A model generated the notes under the pieces. It saw only the letters and a list, made by a program, of their open reading frames with translations, was not told where the DNA came from and searched no databases. From Myxococcota bacterium (GTDB taxonomy: Bacteria > Myxococcota_A > SURF-8): a DNA stretch of 64,000 nt. Below, in pieces: positions 1 to 9,561 of this stretch; position 1 is the stretch's first letter, and the number at the start of each line of letters is the position of its first letter. The DNA lies in contig OZ223209.1 in assembly GCA_965140415.1 (NCBI GenBank), positions 2,848,001 to 2,912,000 of the forward strand, written 5' to 3'. Both the position numbers and the translations under genes were made by a program.

Positions 1-968
1 ACGCCATTCTGATTTGCGGAGTCAATGAAACCGTACTCGTTCAATCCCAATCCAAATTGTTCGATCAAGTGATTGTTGCGGGTGTCAGGTGCGATTCCGA
101 CTGCCAGCACGATACGGTTGTATTCCTCTTCCAGGCCAAGTCCGGTTGCCTGATCGATACCGACTACGCGGACGTGATCCGTTTCGCTTCCGGGACGCAC
201 TTCTGCGGGAACTCCCTGCATGAATCGGATATTGGAGCGACTTTCCTCGTAGAAATGTCGGAATTCCTTACCCATAATCTGCAAGTCGATGTAGTAAATG
301 GTTACATCCAGGTCGGGACGCAGATGTTTCATCCGATTCACCAGGCGGATACTGGTTTTGCAGCAGAATTGCGAACAGTATTCTTGTCCGCGCGCTCGAT
401 CGCGGGAACCGACACATTGAATGAACGCGATGCGATTCTTTTCCGGCTCTTTCGGCAGGAAAGAATCAAGATCGTCTTGTTTCAAACATTCATCGACATC
501 AAACGTCGTATAGACTTCCGGCAGGTGACCGTAGCCCAATAGACGTTGATTCTTTGGATTGAACGGCTCGAAGCCTGTTGCCAGCACAACGGCCTTGCAG
601 TTGATGGTTGCCGGTTTCTCAAGAATCCAGTCTGGTCTACCCGTACGTTCTTTAATGCTGCCGGGTTTGGGTTGAACCTGAACGGAGAATGCTCCACTCT
701 GACCTTCTACGCCAACGACTTCTGCGTGGGTTAGTACATTGATTTTAGGATGTGAGGCGATCCGGGCGATGTCGTCTTCAATCAGGCATGCAGAGCAACG
801 AGCACATTGTTCGGTGGCCATACAAGCCCAATGAGCCGCATTTCCGCCCAATTTGGCTTCTCGCTCAATCAGCAGCACATCCTGGCCCATCTCAGCCAAT
901 GATGACGCTGTTTCCATGCCTGCTACACCTCCACCGATTACCAGGACACTTGATGTGATTTCCGCCAT
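1..968 (-). CDS. Heterodisulfide reductase subunit A-like FAD/Fe-S oxidoreductase (partial, runs off left edge)
   Basis: Not in the ORF track; translated manually from ATG at 968 (RBS AGGGAG): MAEITSSVLVIGGGVAGMETA...LIEREAKLGG...CARCSAC...VVLATGF...RIAFIQCVGSRD...YCSQFCC...YYIDLQ. These are HdrA-family motifs. Confidence 0.9.
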   Translation of the reverse strand, partial: MAEITSSVLVIGGGVAGMETASSLAEMGQDVLLIEREAKLGGNAAHWACMATEQCARCSACLIEDDIARIASHPKINVLTHAEVVGVEGQSGAFSVQVQPKPGSIKERTGRPDWILEKPATINCKAVVLATGFEPFNPKNQRLLGYGHLPEVYTTFDVDECLKQDDLDSFLPKEPEKNRIAFIQCVGSRDRARGQEYCSQFCCKTSIRLVNRMKHLRPDLDVTIYYIDLQIMGKEFRHFYEESRSNIRFMQGVPAEVRPGSETDHVRVVGIDQATGLGLEEEYNRIVLAVGIAPDTRNNHLIEQFGLGLNEYGFIDSANQNG

Positions 969-1000
969 AATTTACTCCCTGTCGTTAGACTGAGAAGGTG

Positions 1001-1399
1001 TTACGCAATTTTAGTTCCGCCAACCATCGAGGTTTTGGGAGCTTGCCCACTGAGCGATTTTTCGATCTGGTCGAGAAGCTTTTTCTCGTCGATAGGTTTG
1101 TCGATCACCGGAATTCTTGCGCTGATCGCCCAGTTTGCACCTGCCATGCCGCTGACTACGATTACAGGAATGTCCTGCATGTCTTTTTCGCGGTACATCC
1201 GTCGGAACATGCCAACTCCCGTTTCTTCGGGCATCTGGATGTCCAGAAGAATCAGGTCCGGATTGTAGCTACGCACTTTTTCAAACCCGGCATGACCATC
1301 CATTGCCGAATCGATTTCGTAGCCTTGATCCGTGAGAAGATCGGTCATGAATTCAATGATGTCTGCTTCGTCTTCGACAATAAGGATTTTTTTGCTCAT
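1001..1399 (-). CDS. Single-domain response regulator (CheY-like receiver)
   Basis: KILIVEDE, DLILLDIQMP, VIVVSG and KP receiver motifs. Confidence 0.92.
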   Translation of the reverse strand: MSKKILIVEDEADIIEFMTDLLTDQGYEIDSAMDGHAGFEKVRSYNPDLILLDIQMPEETGVGMFRRMYREKDMQDIPVIVVSGMAGANWAISARIPVIDKPIDEKKLLDQIEKSLSGQAPKTSMVGGTKIA

Positions 1400-1429
1400 G
1401 ATTGTGCTCCTATGATGGTTTGGGTGAAA

Positions 1430-3304
1430 TCAATCGTTACAGTCTTCAAAAACGCCGCCGGAAGATAAGTCTGCCGCCTTGCTGACGGAACTTTCGTACA
1501 TTGCCTTCAATTTCGAGGGACATAGGCGGATCGTAAAGCGTGTACCTTTTCCTGGTGAGGAATTTACCTCGATTTCGCCGCCATGTTCCTGAACGATTTT
1601 TTGTGTGACAGCCAGTCCCAGTCCGCTTCCATTCACGCCCTTGGTCGTGAAAAACATATCGAACAGTTTCTGCTGCACTTCTTCTGACATGCCGATGCCG
1701 GTGTCTTCCGTTTCAAAGAGCAGCATATCGCCTTGTAGTGCAGCGCGGAGTGTAAAGGTGCAGTGCTCCTTTTTCGCAGCGGAACAGGCATCAAGTCCGT
1801 TTGAAATCAAATTGGAAAGGCAGGTGTGCAGACCTTCTGCATCAAGGTAAACGTTTTTATCTTCTTTCAAAGGCTCAATGACGAACTCAATATTTCGACG
1901 GTTCGCTTCGGCCTTGAATAGCTGTTCCAACTCTTCGAGCATGGCGTTCGGTGACATGAGGTCAAGATGCGGTTCCTTGTTGCGGGAAAGATCCAGCAAC
2001 CCGCGCACCATTTCAGCAACGCGGTCAAAGTTACGATCCAACATTTCCAGCCCGCGTTCGATCAAAACGTCAGATGCTTTCCGCCGCCCGGATTTGAGCT
2101 TGTACATGCCGCCTTGAATTCCGACCAGGATGTTTTTAATGGCATGTGCAATGACTGCAACCGTTTGGCCGACAGTCGCCAGCCGTTCGCGTTCCAGTTT
2201 TTCGCGTTCCAAGCGCTTAATCGGGCGAAGATCCACAAACGAAGCCGCGCCACCAATGACTTGTCCGATTTCATCTTTTAGCACTGCACCGGAAACGCGC
2301 ACGGGGATGCGTTGGTTGTTCTGGTCTGTAATGTGAGTTTCATTGATTTCAACGGAATCTCCGCCCTCTGCAAGGGCGCGCCGGAATGATTCCGGGAAAA
2401 ATCGCTCGATGCCCTCCGTGCCGATGGCGTCTCTACTTCTAATCCCGAACAACTTCTCTGCGGCGGGATTGAACACCTTGACTCGTCCGTTTTCGTCCAC
2501 TGCAACCAAAGGGTCTAACGCGCTTTCCGTGATATTGCGGCGAAATGCACTTTCCTGTAGCAGCTTTTGAGAAAGCTTATGGGTTTCAGTGACATCAAGG
2601 GACATCTCTAAAACCTGCTTGAATTCTTTGCCATCGGATTTGAATGGAATGGAGGTCACCACATAGTATGTTGGATCGCCATCTTTCGTGACGCCGACGT
2701 GTTTGGAGCTATGGATTTCTCCATCTTCAAATGTCATTTTTGCCGGGCAGTATGGGCAGGCGCTTTCCCGATCTTTGTAGACCTGATAACAGTATTCCTG
2801 GTCGCTGTCTCCGAAAATATCGCGTAATTGCTTGTTGCTACGAACGATTTTCAGATCCTGATCGATGATTGAAATGCTACAGGGAACACGTTCAAATAAG
2901 GTGTTGTATTCCGCTTTCAGCGCTTCATTTTCCGTCTGGTCGTAGGACATCTCCACGATATAGGCGATATTTCCGTCATCATCGTATAAGGGAGAGAAAT
3001 GAATTTCGTAATGTGTGGCTTTTCCATTGATGTCGTACCCGTCCTCACGAGTCACCCGCACCTTGCCGTCGTCGAAGGTTTGCGCAGCCTGGCAGTTTTC
3101 GCAAGGCTTGTCACGGCGTTTATACACTTCGTAACATGGGCGTCCGTCTGCCTCGCCGAATTTGCTGCTGAACAAGTTGTTGGCGTGAATCACCGAGTAA
3201 TTTCGATCGATGATTGCGATGTGAACCGGGGTACATTCGAAAAGCTGTCGGTTGAGGCTTCGGTGGATTTCCTTCGGGAAATCATCTAGTGGGGCATTTA
3301 TCAT
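1430..3304 (-). CDS. Cytoplasmic multi-PAS sensor histidine kinase
   Basis: Three PAS-like segments, H-box (IAHAIKNIL), N-box (NLISNGLDA), G boxes (DTGIG, GSGLGL); no transmembrane segment. Start taken as ATG 3304; the ORF extends to 3352. Confidence 0.92.
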   Translation of the reverse strand: MINAPLDDFPKEIHRSLNRQLFECTPVHIAIIDRNYSVIHANNLFSSKFGEADGRPCYEVYKRRDKPCENCQAAQTFDDGKVRVTREDGYDINGKATHYEIHFSPLYDDDGNIAYIVEMSYDQTENEALKAEYNTLFERVPCSISIIDQDLKIVRSNKQLRDIFGDSDQEYCYQVYKDRESACPYCPAKMTFEDGEIHSSKHVGVTKDGDPTYYVVTSIPFKSDGKEFKQVLEMSLDVTETHKLSQKLLQESAFRRNITESALDPLVAVDENGRVKVFNPAAEKLFGIRSRDAIGTEGIERFFPESFRRALAEGGDSVEINETHITDQNNQRIPVRVSGAVLKDEIGQVIGGAASFVDLRPIKRLEREKLERERLATVGQTVAVIAHAIKNILVGIQGGMYKLKSGRRKASDVLIERGLEMLDRNFDRVAEMVRGLLDLSRNKEPHLDLMSPNAMLEELEQLFKAEANRRNIEFVIEPLKEDKNVYLDAEGLHTCLSNLISNGLDACSAAKKEHCTFTLRAALQGDMLLFETEDTGIGMSEEVQQKLFDMFFTTKGVNGSGLGLAVTQKIVQEHGGEIEVNSSPGKGTRFTIRLCPSKLKAMYESSVSKAADLSSGGVFEDCND

Positions 3305-3384
3305 ATCAAACCTGATTCCGGTTATTGCACTTGAAAACGATGGTACTCCCAACTGGTGGTCGCTCCGCTTCTAATTGATTATGT

Positions 3385-3400
3385 TGCAGGTTTCAGGCCA
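3385..3400 (-). promoter_or_regulatory. Putative sigma54 -24/-12 promoter for the kinase-receiver-hdrA unit
   Basis: Minus strand reads TGGCCTGAAACCTGCA (GG-N10-GC), about 80 nt upstream of the kinase ATG and divergent from a sigma54 activator. Confidence 0.6.
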
Positions 3401-3665
3401 ATTGTAGCGCTACAGTGAAATGAATCGCATTCATTGCTCGTGAAAATAAAAATCTGTGTATTTGCAATATGATCAGATACAGCAAAGGAATGTGTTGGAC
3501 TATGAATTAAGGTTGTGGTACGCATATATATGTACGCTATACTATAACCGTAGCGCAACAGTGTAGCGTTTTAGTGTTGCAATATGCATCGTATCGTGTT
3601 ATATAATATCGCAACAGTACTGTTGTTTAGCTGGAAGGTGTTTTTCGCAATATCGGGGATAAACC

Positions 3666-5006
3666 ATGACCAATTCATCACGACTCGATCCGCGCTATGT
3701 TTCACTGATACTGGACAGCGTAAGCCAGGGAATCTTTACGGTAGATTCAAAAGGTCGAATTACGACTTTCAACTCCGCAGCTTGCGAAATTACAGGGTAT
3801 TCCGAAGAGGAGGTTTTAGGGCGTCCCTGTAGAGAAGTGTTTAAATCCGATCTGTGTGACAGCATCTGCCCCATGCGGCAGAGTATCGACAGCCGAAAAG
3901 AGGTGCGTGGGCGCGAAATTCGTATCAAGAGCAAGGATGGGCGCTCCATCCCCATATCGATCACGACAACTCCATTACAAACGAAAAATGGTAACTTGCT
4001 GGGTGGGGTGGAAGTGTTTCGAGATCTTTCGCAATTGAATGCTTTGCGTCGCAAATTAGATAACAAATATCAATTTGAGGATATCATCTCGAAAAACCCC
4101 GAGATGCAACGAATTTTCCGTTTGCTACCTTTGGTTGCAGATAGCGACAGTACGATTCTGATTACAGGTGAAAGCGGAACAGGCAAGGAATTGATCGCCA
4201 AGGCCGTCCACAACGCAGGTGGGCGTGCGAATCATCCTTTCATTCCTGTGAACTGTGCCGCACTGCCAGAGACCCTGTTGGAGTCCGAATTGTTCGGTTA
4301 TAAAAAGGGGGCTTTTACCGATGCGCGTCAGGACAAACCCGGTCGTATTGCCATGGCAGAGGGCGGCACTTTGTTTCTAGATGAAGTTGCCGATTTGTCG
4401 CGGACTTTACAGGTGAAATTATTGCGCTTTCTACAGGAGCACACCTACGAACCGCTTGGCGAGAACAAACCGATTTCTACAGATGTTCGGGTGGTGACGG
4501 CAACGAATCGGGATTTGCGTGTGATGGTGCGGGAAGGGACATTTCGCGAAGATTTATATTTCCGATTAAATGTGATGGAAATCCATTTGCCGCCTTTACG
4601 GAAACGTACGGAAGATATTCCATTGCTTGTGCAGCATTTTATTGCGGATTACCAGACATCTAGCCGCAAGTCCATTCATGGCATTACCGAAGAGGCTCTG
4701 GCAAGCCTGATGCGGTATCCATTCCCGGGAAACATCCGAGAACTGGAAAATATCGTGGAACGGGCTTTTATTTTGTGCACCGGCCCGGAAATTACGCAGG
4801 ACAATTTGCCGGACTATATTCACGAGCATCAGGAGGATCATCCCTCTGCCAGCGGACCGCAGCTTGATAAGCTTAAACACGCAGAGCGAGATGCCATTAT
4901 CGAAGCATTGAAGAAACACGGAGGTAATCGCACCCATGCCGCCAGAGAGTTGGGGGTGCATCGTGTTACACTGGTCCGGAAACTAAGGAAATATGGGATT
5001 TCTTGA
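3666..5006 (+). CDS. PAS-domain sigma54-dependent activator, OrpR-like (paralog 1)
   Basis: PAS with C-x8-C-x3-C, Walker A GESGTGKE, GAFTDA loop, FLDE, C-terminal Fis HTH. Confidence 0.93.
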   Translation: MTNSSRLDPRYVSLILDSVSQGIFTVDSKGRITTFNSAACEITGYSEEEVLGRPCREVFKSDLCDSICPMRQSIDSRKEVRGREIRIKSKDGRSIPISITTTPLQTKNGNLLGGVEVFRDLSQLNALRRKLDNKYQFEDIISKNPEMQRIFRLLPLVADSDSTILITGESGTGKELIAKAVHNAGGRANHPFIPVNCAALPETLLESELFGYKKGAFTDARQDKPGRIAMAEGGTLFLDEVADLSRTLQVKLLRFLQEHTYEPLGENKPISTDVRVVTATNRDLRVMVREGTFREDLYFRLNVMEIHLPPLRKRTEDIPLLVQHFIADYQTSSRKSIHGITEEALASLMRYPFPGNIRELENIVERAFILCTGPEITQDNLPDYIHEHQEDHPSASGPQLDKLKHAERDAIIEALKKHGGNRTHAARELGVHRVTLVRKLRKYGIS

Positions 5007-5076
5007 TGCTGCCGAATGGGCCGTATGATGAAAAGTGACTGCCGGAATGAGACTCAAACCGGCAGTCGCGTTGGAT

Positions 5077-5433
5077 TTACCAGGGATGCGTCCCGATAAT
5101 CACTTTCTTGCCCCACTTGCCTTCGATTTTGTTTTTCATGTCTTCCAGGTTCATCGGGCAGTCGGCGGTCGTGATCGCTTTCGTGATGCACGTGGCAATA
5201 TGGACCACATCGTATTCGCGCCCAAGTTGATTTGCCATGTCATCCAGCAGGGTCATTTTGGGCATGAACAATCCAGGGCAGCCACCGCATCCCGACCAGA
5301 AAACGACTTCGATTTCGTCTTCGTGCTCCGAAAACTTGCCGAGTTTTTCCGCGGCGGCTTTATGGCACTTCATGCAACCTATACATAGTTTGTCTTTGAT
5401 CTTTTCGCAGCAAAGCACACCAATTTTCGCCAT
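5077..5433 (-). CDS. CGGC domain protein (putative metal or Fe-S binding)
   Basis: MAKIGVLCC...CIGCMKC...GCGGCPG...HIATC...CP...IIGTH pattern of the CGGC family. Confidence 0.85.
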   Translation of the reverse strand: MAKIGVLCCEKIKDKLCIGCMKCHKAAAEKLGKFSEHEDEIEVVFWSGCGGCPGLFMPKMTLLDDMANQLGREYDVVHIATCITKAITTADCPMNLEDMKNKIEGKWGKKVIIGTHPW

Positions 5434-5496
5434 GAGAACAAATCCTTTCTACTTTTATTGCTACGGGTAAGTGGAAACCGCAAAGGTTATACACAA

Positions 5497-5530
5497 ACAG
5501 GGGAGGGCGGTCAAGTCCGCCTTCCCCTGT
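5497..5530 (-). terminator. GC-rich hairpin between the DUF5320 and CGGC genes
   Basis: ACAGGGGAGGGCGG-TCAAGT-CCGCCTTCCCCTGT; only a short T run follows on the minus strand. Confidence 0.55.
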
Positions 5531-5552
5531 AAAGGCAGGGATCACTTTGTTG

Positions 5553-5849
5553 CTACCAGTTTTGGCGTTGTCCGCGACCTTGACCGCGTCTTCGGCCATG
5601 ACCTCGTCCGTCTCCGCCTCCACCTCCGAAGCAGCGTCCACGACCGCCTCCATACGGTCTGCCGCCTCTGCCGACACCGAACATGACTTCATCGCCTTCT
5701 GGTGTCATGCTCTCCATCTCGGTTTCAGGTCGATCCGTGGTTTGATCGGCCTGTCCGGATTTTCGGGACGTCAAGGGGCGACAGCGTCCCATGCCGCGTC
5801 CGGTTCTTGGGCCATTGCCCATCGGTCCGGTCCCGTCTTGTCCAGGCAT
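5553..5849 (-). CDS. DUF5320-family Gly/Arg-rich protein
   Basis: MPGQDGTGPMGNGPRTGRGMGRC start with RBS AGGAGG; Gly/Arg-rich tail. Confidence 0.8.
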   Translation of the reverse strand: MPGQDGTGPMGNGPRTGRGMGRCRPLTSRKSGQADQTTDRPETEMESMTPEGDEVMFGVGRGGRPYGGGRGRCFGGGGGDGRGHGRRRGQGRGQRQNW

Positions 5850-5850
5850 A

Positions 5851-6225
5851 TCAACCTCCTTTTCTGCGACGCAACCGACGGCGACAGCCAGGTTGCGAAC
5901 GCTGATCGAAACATGGAGCTTGCACGGACAATGTGCCATGCAGATACTCCGCGATGCGTGCTTCTGCCTCACCTGTGAGGCCGGTCAGCACGCGAATTCC
6001 CGAGTGGGTAAGGAAAAAATAGTCGCAGCGTCTAATTCCACCTGTCAGCAAGATTTCGACATTCAATCTTGTTAATAGGTTCAAACGATCGGCGCGACTT
6101 AACTGCGCCGCCCTGACGCGCAAGGCTTCCGATTGGCCTCGCTCGGTGTCCTGAACCAGGAAACCGTCACAGAAGTCCAAACGCGGTGAAATATTTCGAT
6201 CGAATAGGGCGGCGGCGACAATCAT
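5851..6225 (-). CDS. NifB/NifX (MTH1175-like) family protein
   Basis: ISPRLDFC...VEILLTGGI...GIRVLTGLTGEAE pattern; operon context. Confidence 0.75.
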   Translation of the reverse strand: MIVAAALFDRNISPRLDFCDGFLVQDTERGQSEALRVRAAQLSRADRLNLLTRLNVEILLTGGIRRCDYFFLTHSGIRVLTGLTGEAEARIAEYLHGTLSVQAPCFDQRSQPGCRRRLRRRKGG

Positions 6226-6237
6226 CGATAACCTCTA

Positions 6238-7461
6238 TCAGTGACCACCACATTTGTGGTTTTCGTCGTGTCCACAAACGTTTGCGCCTGTTTCCAAAAT
6301 ATCGTTGGCGAAGCGACGTACCAGTTCCTCCGGTTCATCGGAGGGGCAACCGGTCACGACGTTGACTCCGGCTTGATTGAACAATTGAATGGCGCGTCCT
6401 CCCATGCCTCCTGCCAGCACCATGTTAGCGCCTTGTTCGGCTACCCAGCGCGGTAATACGCCCGGTTCGTGCGGCGGAGGAGTCAGTTGTTTGGACTCGA
6501 CAATTTCTTTGCTCTCTTCGTCCAGATCGACGAAATGGAACACTTCGCAGTGGCCGAAATGAGCGCAAAGTTTTCCTTGAGCGACGGGGATTGCAATTCG
6601 TTTCACGTTGGTCTTCTCCTTTTGTTGTGGTTCGTTCGAGTCAGTTGTTTGTTGATTCGATTCAATCGATTTCGACAAATCCATAAACGCCTGAGCAACA
6701 GGCGAATCCGGTTGTGATAGCGCGCCTACTCCCTGGTCGGCGCAAAGTGAAATCTGTGGGTCCATAGGCAGCGAGCCAAGCAGGGGAACCCCCATTTGTT
6801 CCGCCATCGCGCGGGCTTCGCCCTCCGGGAAAAGGGTTATGCGTTCACCGCATTTGGGGCAGATAATGCCGTTCATGTTCTCAACGACACCGATCAGCTT
6901 CATTTCGAGCTTATGGCAGAAGGTGATCGATTTTCTTACGTCTACAGCGGAGACTCGCTGTGGGGTAGTGACGACCAGTGCCTCTGCATCCGGTAGGCTC
7001 TGGGCGACGGAAAGTGGTTCGTCGCCAGTGCCTGGAGGTGCATCGACGATCAGGTAGTCCAGTTTTCCCCAGTCCACTTCTGCCAGAAACTGCTGGATAG
7101 CGCCCATTTTGATCGGCCCGCGCCAGATGATGGGACTGTCTGCGTCCGGCAGCATGAAGCCGATGGACATCACTTTGAGACCATCTTTTTCAACCGGAGA
7201 AATCCATCCGTCGTTGCCTCCTGGACGAGCACCTTCCAAACCGAGCATTGTCGGTACGCTGGGGCCATGAATGTCCACGTCAAGCAGTCCCACTCGTTTA
7301 CCGCGTTCTTTCAGAGCGAGTGCCAAATTGACAGCTACCGTGCTTTTTCCAACGCCGCCTTTGCCTGAAAGTACCAGGATTTTGCGACTGACGGATTTCA
7401 TGTTGGCGGCCAATGCGATTTCCCGGGCATCGATTTTCTGTTTACGTTGTTCTTGACTCAT
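6238..7461 (-). CDS. Mrp/ApbC Fe-S carrier ATPase fused to a C-terminal NifB/NifX domain (MrpORP-like)
   Basis: SGKGGVGKST, DVDIHGPS, WRGP, DAPPGTGD, ENM..CPKC; C-terminal IAIP...HFGHC...PPHEPG...GGMG. Confidence 0.92.
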   Translation of the reverse strand: MSQEQRKQKIDAREIALAANMKSVSRKILVLSGKGGVGKSTVAVNLALALKERGKRVGLLDVDIHGPSVPTMLGLEGARPGGNDGWISPVEKDGLKVMSIGFMLPDADSPIIWRGPIKMGAIQQFLAEVDWGKLDYLIVDAPPGTGDEPLSVAQSLPDAEALVVTTPQRVSAVDVRKSITFCHKLEMKLIGVVENMNGIICPKCGERITLFPEGEARAMAEQMGVPLLGSLPMDPQISLCADQGVGALSQPDSPVAQAFMDLSKSIESNQQTTDSNEPQQKEKTNVKRIAIPVAQGKLCAHFGHCEVFHFVDLDEESKEIVESKQLTPPPHEPGVLPRWVAEQGANMVLAGGMGGRAIQLFNQAGVNVVTGCPSDEPEELVRRFANDILETGANVCGHDENHKCGGH

Positions 7462-7470
7462 TGCTACAAA

Positions 7471-7830
7471 TTACTCCGTTTTATTATGGTGTTCACAGTC
7501 GTGGATGGTTGAAAGCATCTGGGGGCCAGCTTCTGTCTGAGTCTGTTCCGCATGAAAATGCAGTTTGCCGAATGCCCCTTCTTCAATGGTCAGCGTAACG
7601 CCGCTGCGTCCATCCAACAGTGGTTCCTTCTTCATCAGTTTCTCGAAATCCGTTTCCAAAACGAAGCGTTGCAGCAGTTCGAACTCTGCTTCTTCTTCCT
7701 CCGTCATGTTTTGCGTACTGGCCAAGAGCTTTTCTGCAAGCTCTCGTCCTCTTGCTTTGGCTGTACAGACCATGCAGTGCCCGGATGTGAGCGGTAGTCG
7801 TATTTTTCGTTTGCAGTTACTCCGGGACAT
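7471..7830 (-). CDS. Hypothetical protein with CxxC, in the orp operon
   Basis: Tightly packed between operon genes; HCMVC motif. Confidence 0.65.
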   Translation of the reverse strand: MSRSNCKRKIRLPLTSGHCMVCTAKARGRELAEKLLASTQNMTEEEEAEFELLQRFVLETDFEKLMKKEPLLDGRSGVTLTIEEGAFGKLHFHAEQTQTEAGPQMLSTIHDCEHHNKTE

Positions 7831-8707
7831 TGTCGGATTCTCCTGTGGAGTCTAACTCCTGCTTAACTTTTTCCCACAATGCCTTCACAGCCTGAGAGGC
7901 TGGTCCGGCTGAGAATTCTGTCAGGATTTCACCCGCAGCAACAGCTTTGACGACTTCCGGGTCGAATGGAATTCGTCCAAGACTACGAACTTGAACGGAA
8001 TTACAATAGTTTTCGATTTCTTCCGACATCTGTTCATTCAAGTCGGCTTTGTTGACGGCAACCGTAATCGGAACACTGAAATGCTGCGCCAGTTCAACCA
8101 CGCGCTTTAGATCGTGCAATCCGCTTTGCGTCGGTTCGGTAATGCATAGCACCAGATCGCAACCGGTAACGGAGGCGATGACCGGACAACCCACGCCGGG
8201 TGATCCATCGATAAGAATCTGCGATAAGCCGTCCTGCTCGGCACGTTCAACCGCTTTCTGGCGAATCAACGAAACCAGTTTGCCGGAGTTTTCGGACGCG
8301 ATACCGAGTTTGGCATGGATAAACGGTCCAAATTGCGTATCGGAGACAAACCAGTTCCCACTGAAAGCTTCTTTCATTTCAATGGCTTCAGTCGGGCAGA
8401 TACGGGAGCAGAATCCGCAGCCTTCACAGGCGATGATATCGATGACGTGCTCCCCGCTGATGGCACCGAAACGACAGTGTTCCCGGCAAAGGTCACAGTG
8501 AATGCACTTGTCCGGCTGAAGATGCGCTTTGACTCCGCCTGAGTAGTTTCCACTTTCCTTGATTTCCGGATTAAGGAGCAGATGCATATCGGCTGCATCC
8601 ACATCGGCATCGACGATCAGAGTCTGGGTTGCCAAGGCTGTAAACGAAGCCGTAATACTGGTTTTGCCTGTGCCACCCTTGCCACTTAAAACAACGAGTT
8701 GTTTCAT
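7817..8707 (-). CDS. MinD-superfamily P-loop ATPase with inserted 2x[4Fe-4S] ferredoxin domain
   Basis: MKQLVVLSGKGGTGKT, DADVD, CIHCDLC..C / CEGCGFC..CP, DGSPGVGCP, TEPT. ATG at 8707 overlaps the upstream stop. Confidence 0.92.
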   Translation of the reverse strand: MKQLVVLSGKGGTGKTSITASFTALATQTLIVDADVDAADMHLLLNPEIKESGNYSGGVKAHLQPDKCIHCDLCREHCRFGAISGEHVIDIIACEGCGFCSRICPTEAIEMKEAFSGNWFVSDTQFGPFIHAKLGIASENSGKLVSLIRQKAVERAEQDGLSQILIDGSPGVGCPVIASVTGCDLVLCITEPTQSGLHDLKRVVELAQHFSVPITVAVNKADLNEQMSEEIENYCNSVQVRSLGRIPFDPEVVKAVAAGEILTEFSAGPASQAVKALWEKVKQELDSTGESDNVPE

Positions 8708-9561
8708 TGTGCCGCCTCCTCTCGTATCTGTTGAGCGAGGGCGTACAATCGTTCCGTCATTTCCGGTTGGGCATCGAGCAGGGTGCCGCCTTTGGAGTAC
8801 ACTGCCGCGAAATTCCGATCGAAGGGTATTTCCAGTAAAATCGGTACGTTTTCTTGCTGACAGTAGGTGTGCACCGAGTCGTCTCCCAGATCCGAACGAT
8901 TGATAACCACACCGCAACTCAACTCAAGAGCCCGGCTCATTTCTACCGCTAGCTTGAGGTCGTTCAATCCGAATGGAGTTGGTTCAGTAACCAATATCAG
9001 AAATTCGACTTTGTTGGTGGCTGCAATAACGGGGCAGGAGGTACCCGGTGGTGCGTCGATGATCGTCCAATCGAGCTTGTTGCCCCGTTCTCTGAGTGTA
9101 TCGATGACCGACACGGAACGGACTTCGCCCACTTTCAGGCGTCCACGGTGAAAGTCTAGATCTTCCGGGTGGGCTTGCTCGATCCATCCTACGGTTTTCG
9201 GCACTTCCGTAATTGCCGATTCCGGGCAGTGGTAAGCGCAACTGCCGCAAGAATGGCAGAGTTCGGGGAAAACAAGGGGGCGATCCGCCAGAATGGCAAT
9301 CGCGCTGAACTGACAGACTTCTCGACAGATGCCGCAACCCGTACAGCGTTCTTCGTCCACTTCGGGAATTGTGGCGGTTGCTGTTTGTTCCGCCTGTGGT
9401 GTTTCATGTAGAAAGAGATGGGCGTTGGGCGCTTCCACATCCGCATCCAACAAGGTCACCGATTCTCCTTTTTTTTGCAGGGCAAGGGCGATCGCCACCG
9501 CCATTGTGGTTTTACCGGTTCCGCCTTTGCCGCTTGCTACGGCAATTGTTATGGGTTTCAC
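8704..9561 (-). CDS. MinD-superfamily P-loop ATPase with inserted ferredoxin domain (second paralog)
   Basis: SGKGGTGKT, CTGCGIC..C, CHSCGSC..CP, DAPPGTSCP, TEPTPFGLNDL. Confidence 0.92.
   Translation of the reverse strand: MKPITIAVASGKGGTGKTTMAVAIALALQKKGESVTLLDADVEAPNAHLFLHETPQAEQTATATIPEVDEERCTGCGICREVCQFSAIAILADRPLVFPELCHSCGSCAYHCPESAITEVPKTVGWIEQAHPEDLDFHRGRLKVGEVRSVSVIDTLRERGNKLDWTIIDAPPGTSCPVIAATNKVEFLILVTEPTPFGLNDLKLAVEMSRALELSCGVVINRSDLGDDSVHTYCQQENVPILLEIPFDRNFAAVYSKGGTLLDAQPEMTERLYALAQQIREEAAQ

Noticed and set aside
57-542. 161-aa plus-strand ORF in the track
   Set aside because: Antisense shadow of the HdrA-like gene on the minus strand, which has clear family motifs and an RBS.
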